NCBI GenBank assembly: GCA_010015585.1
Contig: ML975152.1
Strand: one strand, 5' to 3'
From: Eremomyces bilateralis CBS 781.70
Lineage: Eukaryota
Length of the DNA stretch: 64,000 nucleotides
Both the position numbers and the translations under genes were made by a program. The notes under the pieces were generated by a model. That model made no database searches. It had not been told where the DNA came from and was given only the letters and a program-made list of their open reading frames with translations. Shown here piece by piece: positions 62,886 through 64,000 of the stretch (position 1 is the first letter of the stretch; each line of letters starts with the position of its first letter).

Positions 62886-64000
62886 CTAGAACACTTTCGT
62901 GTTGTCGTCTTGCTTAAGTTTCATGGGCTCGCCAGTGACCACTTCCTCGTCATACGCATCGCTGCTATTGTCATACACGACGCTGAGATCGTTAATCTCA
63001 TCCCCGACTTCCATCCACGTCTCCGCGCACGCGGGGACGGGGAAAAACCTGCAGCAAAGCCAATAAACGCCCGCCGAAACGATAAACCCGGTAAAAAAGT
63101 TCAGCCGGTAGATATACGTGGCGCCCATGGGGACCTCGGTGCCCACGGCACCAGCAAACCCAACCACGTTGATACAGATGCCGGCGATATATGCGGCATA
63201 GGCGCGCCAGTTGATCCCCGCGGTGAAGTAGTAGGGGCCGGTCTTCCGCGCGTCGTAGAGCTCCTTGATCTCCAGGTACCCCTTGCGGACCACGTAGTAA
63301 TCGCAGCACATGACGCCTGCGATGGAGCTGAGGAACACCGAATAGGCCGAGAGGTAGGTCGTGAACTGGTTGCTCGAGGTGAGCAGCGTCCAGGGGTTCA
63401 TCGCCAAGCCCACCGCTGCGCAGATATAGCCACCCCGGCGGATGTTGATGTACCGGGGGAGTAACGCCGTCATGTCCGTTCCCGCGGAGACGGAGTTCGC
63501 GGCGATGTTGGTGCCCAACTGCGCGAGGGCGAAGGCCGCCGCGATGATGAACACGCCGAACCGTTGGCCGGAACCACCATCGTCGATGAATCGCTCCAGG
63601 AGTTCGAGAGGATCCCAGATGGGTTCGCCGCCGTATATCACGGTGGAGGAGGAGGAGACGATGATGCCGATGAACGAGGTGAGGGCAAAGCCGATCGGGA
63701 TCGTGAAGAGTTGGGACCAGAGCGCATCACGCGGTTTCCCTGCGAAACGACTGAAATCCGGGTCGTTGACAATCAGGGTAGCGAAGTTCGCGATGGAGCT
63801 CATGACGCCGTTGACGAACGCCCAACCGAGTTCGCTACCATGGATTGTGGATCCTTGGCGAACAATAGGACCGGCGCCACCAGCGCGAACCAGCGCCCAG
63901 ATGAAGAATGCAATGCCGGCGCATGGTACAAAATACGCTTTCACGGTGAAGAGATGGCGGATCTGGTGAACCGGGAACCAGATGGCGGGTAGTGATCCGG
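62886..64000 (-). CDS. NCS1-family nucleobase permease (Fur4/Dal4-like); 5' part outside the window
   Basis: NFATLIVNDPDFSRFA, WDPLELL, LAQLGTNIAANSVSAGTDMTALLPRYINIRRG, FTTYLSAYSVFLSSIAG, GINWRA. Confidence 0.92.
   Translation of the reverse strand, partial: GSLPAIWFPVHQIRHLFTVKAYFVPCAGIAFFIWALVRAGGAGPIVRQGSTIHGSELGWAFVNGVMSSIANFATLIVNDPDFSRFAGKPRDALWSQLFTIPIGFALTSFIGIIVSSSSTVIYGGEPIWDPLELLERFIDDGGSGQRFGVFIIAAAFALAQLGTNIAANSVSAGTDMTALLPRYINIRRGGYICAAVGLAMNPWTLLTSSNQFTTYLSAYSVFLSSIAGVMCCDYYVVRKGYLEIKELYDARKTGPYYFTAGINWRAYAAYIAGICINVVGFAGAVGTEVPMGATYIYRLNFFTGFIVSAGVYWLCCRFFPVPACAETWMEVGDEINDLSVVYDNSSDAYDEEVVTGEPMKLKQDDNTKVF

Overview
Gene-dense, intron-containing fungal chromosomal segment, most consistent with a filamentous ascomycete (Pezizomycotina). 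The left end has a possible transposon remnant and a near-intact Fot1/pogo-type DD35D DNA transposon whose transposase is interrupted by one frameshift in an A12 run. About 23 mostly housekeeping genes follow: MFS transporter, peroxisomal FATP-like acyl-CoA ligase, eIF2B-delta, Sec14-like PITP, POL12, RPS29, APC13, UPF0052 protein, a complex I subunit, homoserine kinase, a Shg1/BOD1-domain RS/RD protein, CDC48, an orphan mitochondrial-type protein, PLAC8, phosducin-like, G-beta, DUF4211-like, TEL1/ATM, NUP192, MRP17, GCV3, a Gfo/Idh/MocA oxidoreductase and a partial NCS1 permease. The main finding is a ~2.04 kb non-coding stretch (~38650-40692, + strand) carrying the elements of a fungal telomerase RNA in the expected order: core-enclosing helix, template-boundary helix, AACCCUAA template, pseudoknot, vertebrate-like P6/P6.1, Sm-like site and terminal hairpin. 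It is divergent from G-beta and one gene away from TEL1/ATM. All calls were made by eye; no searches or folding programs were run.
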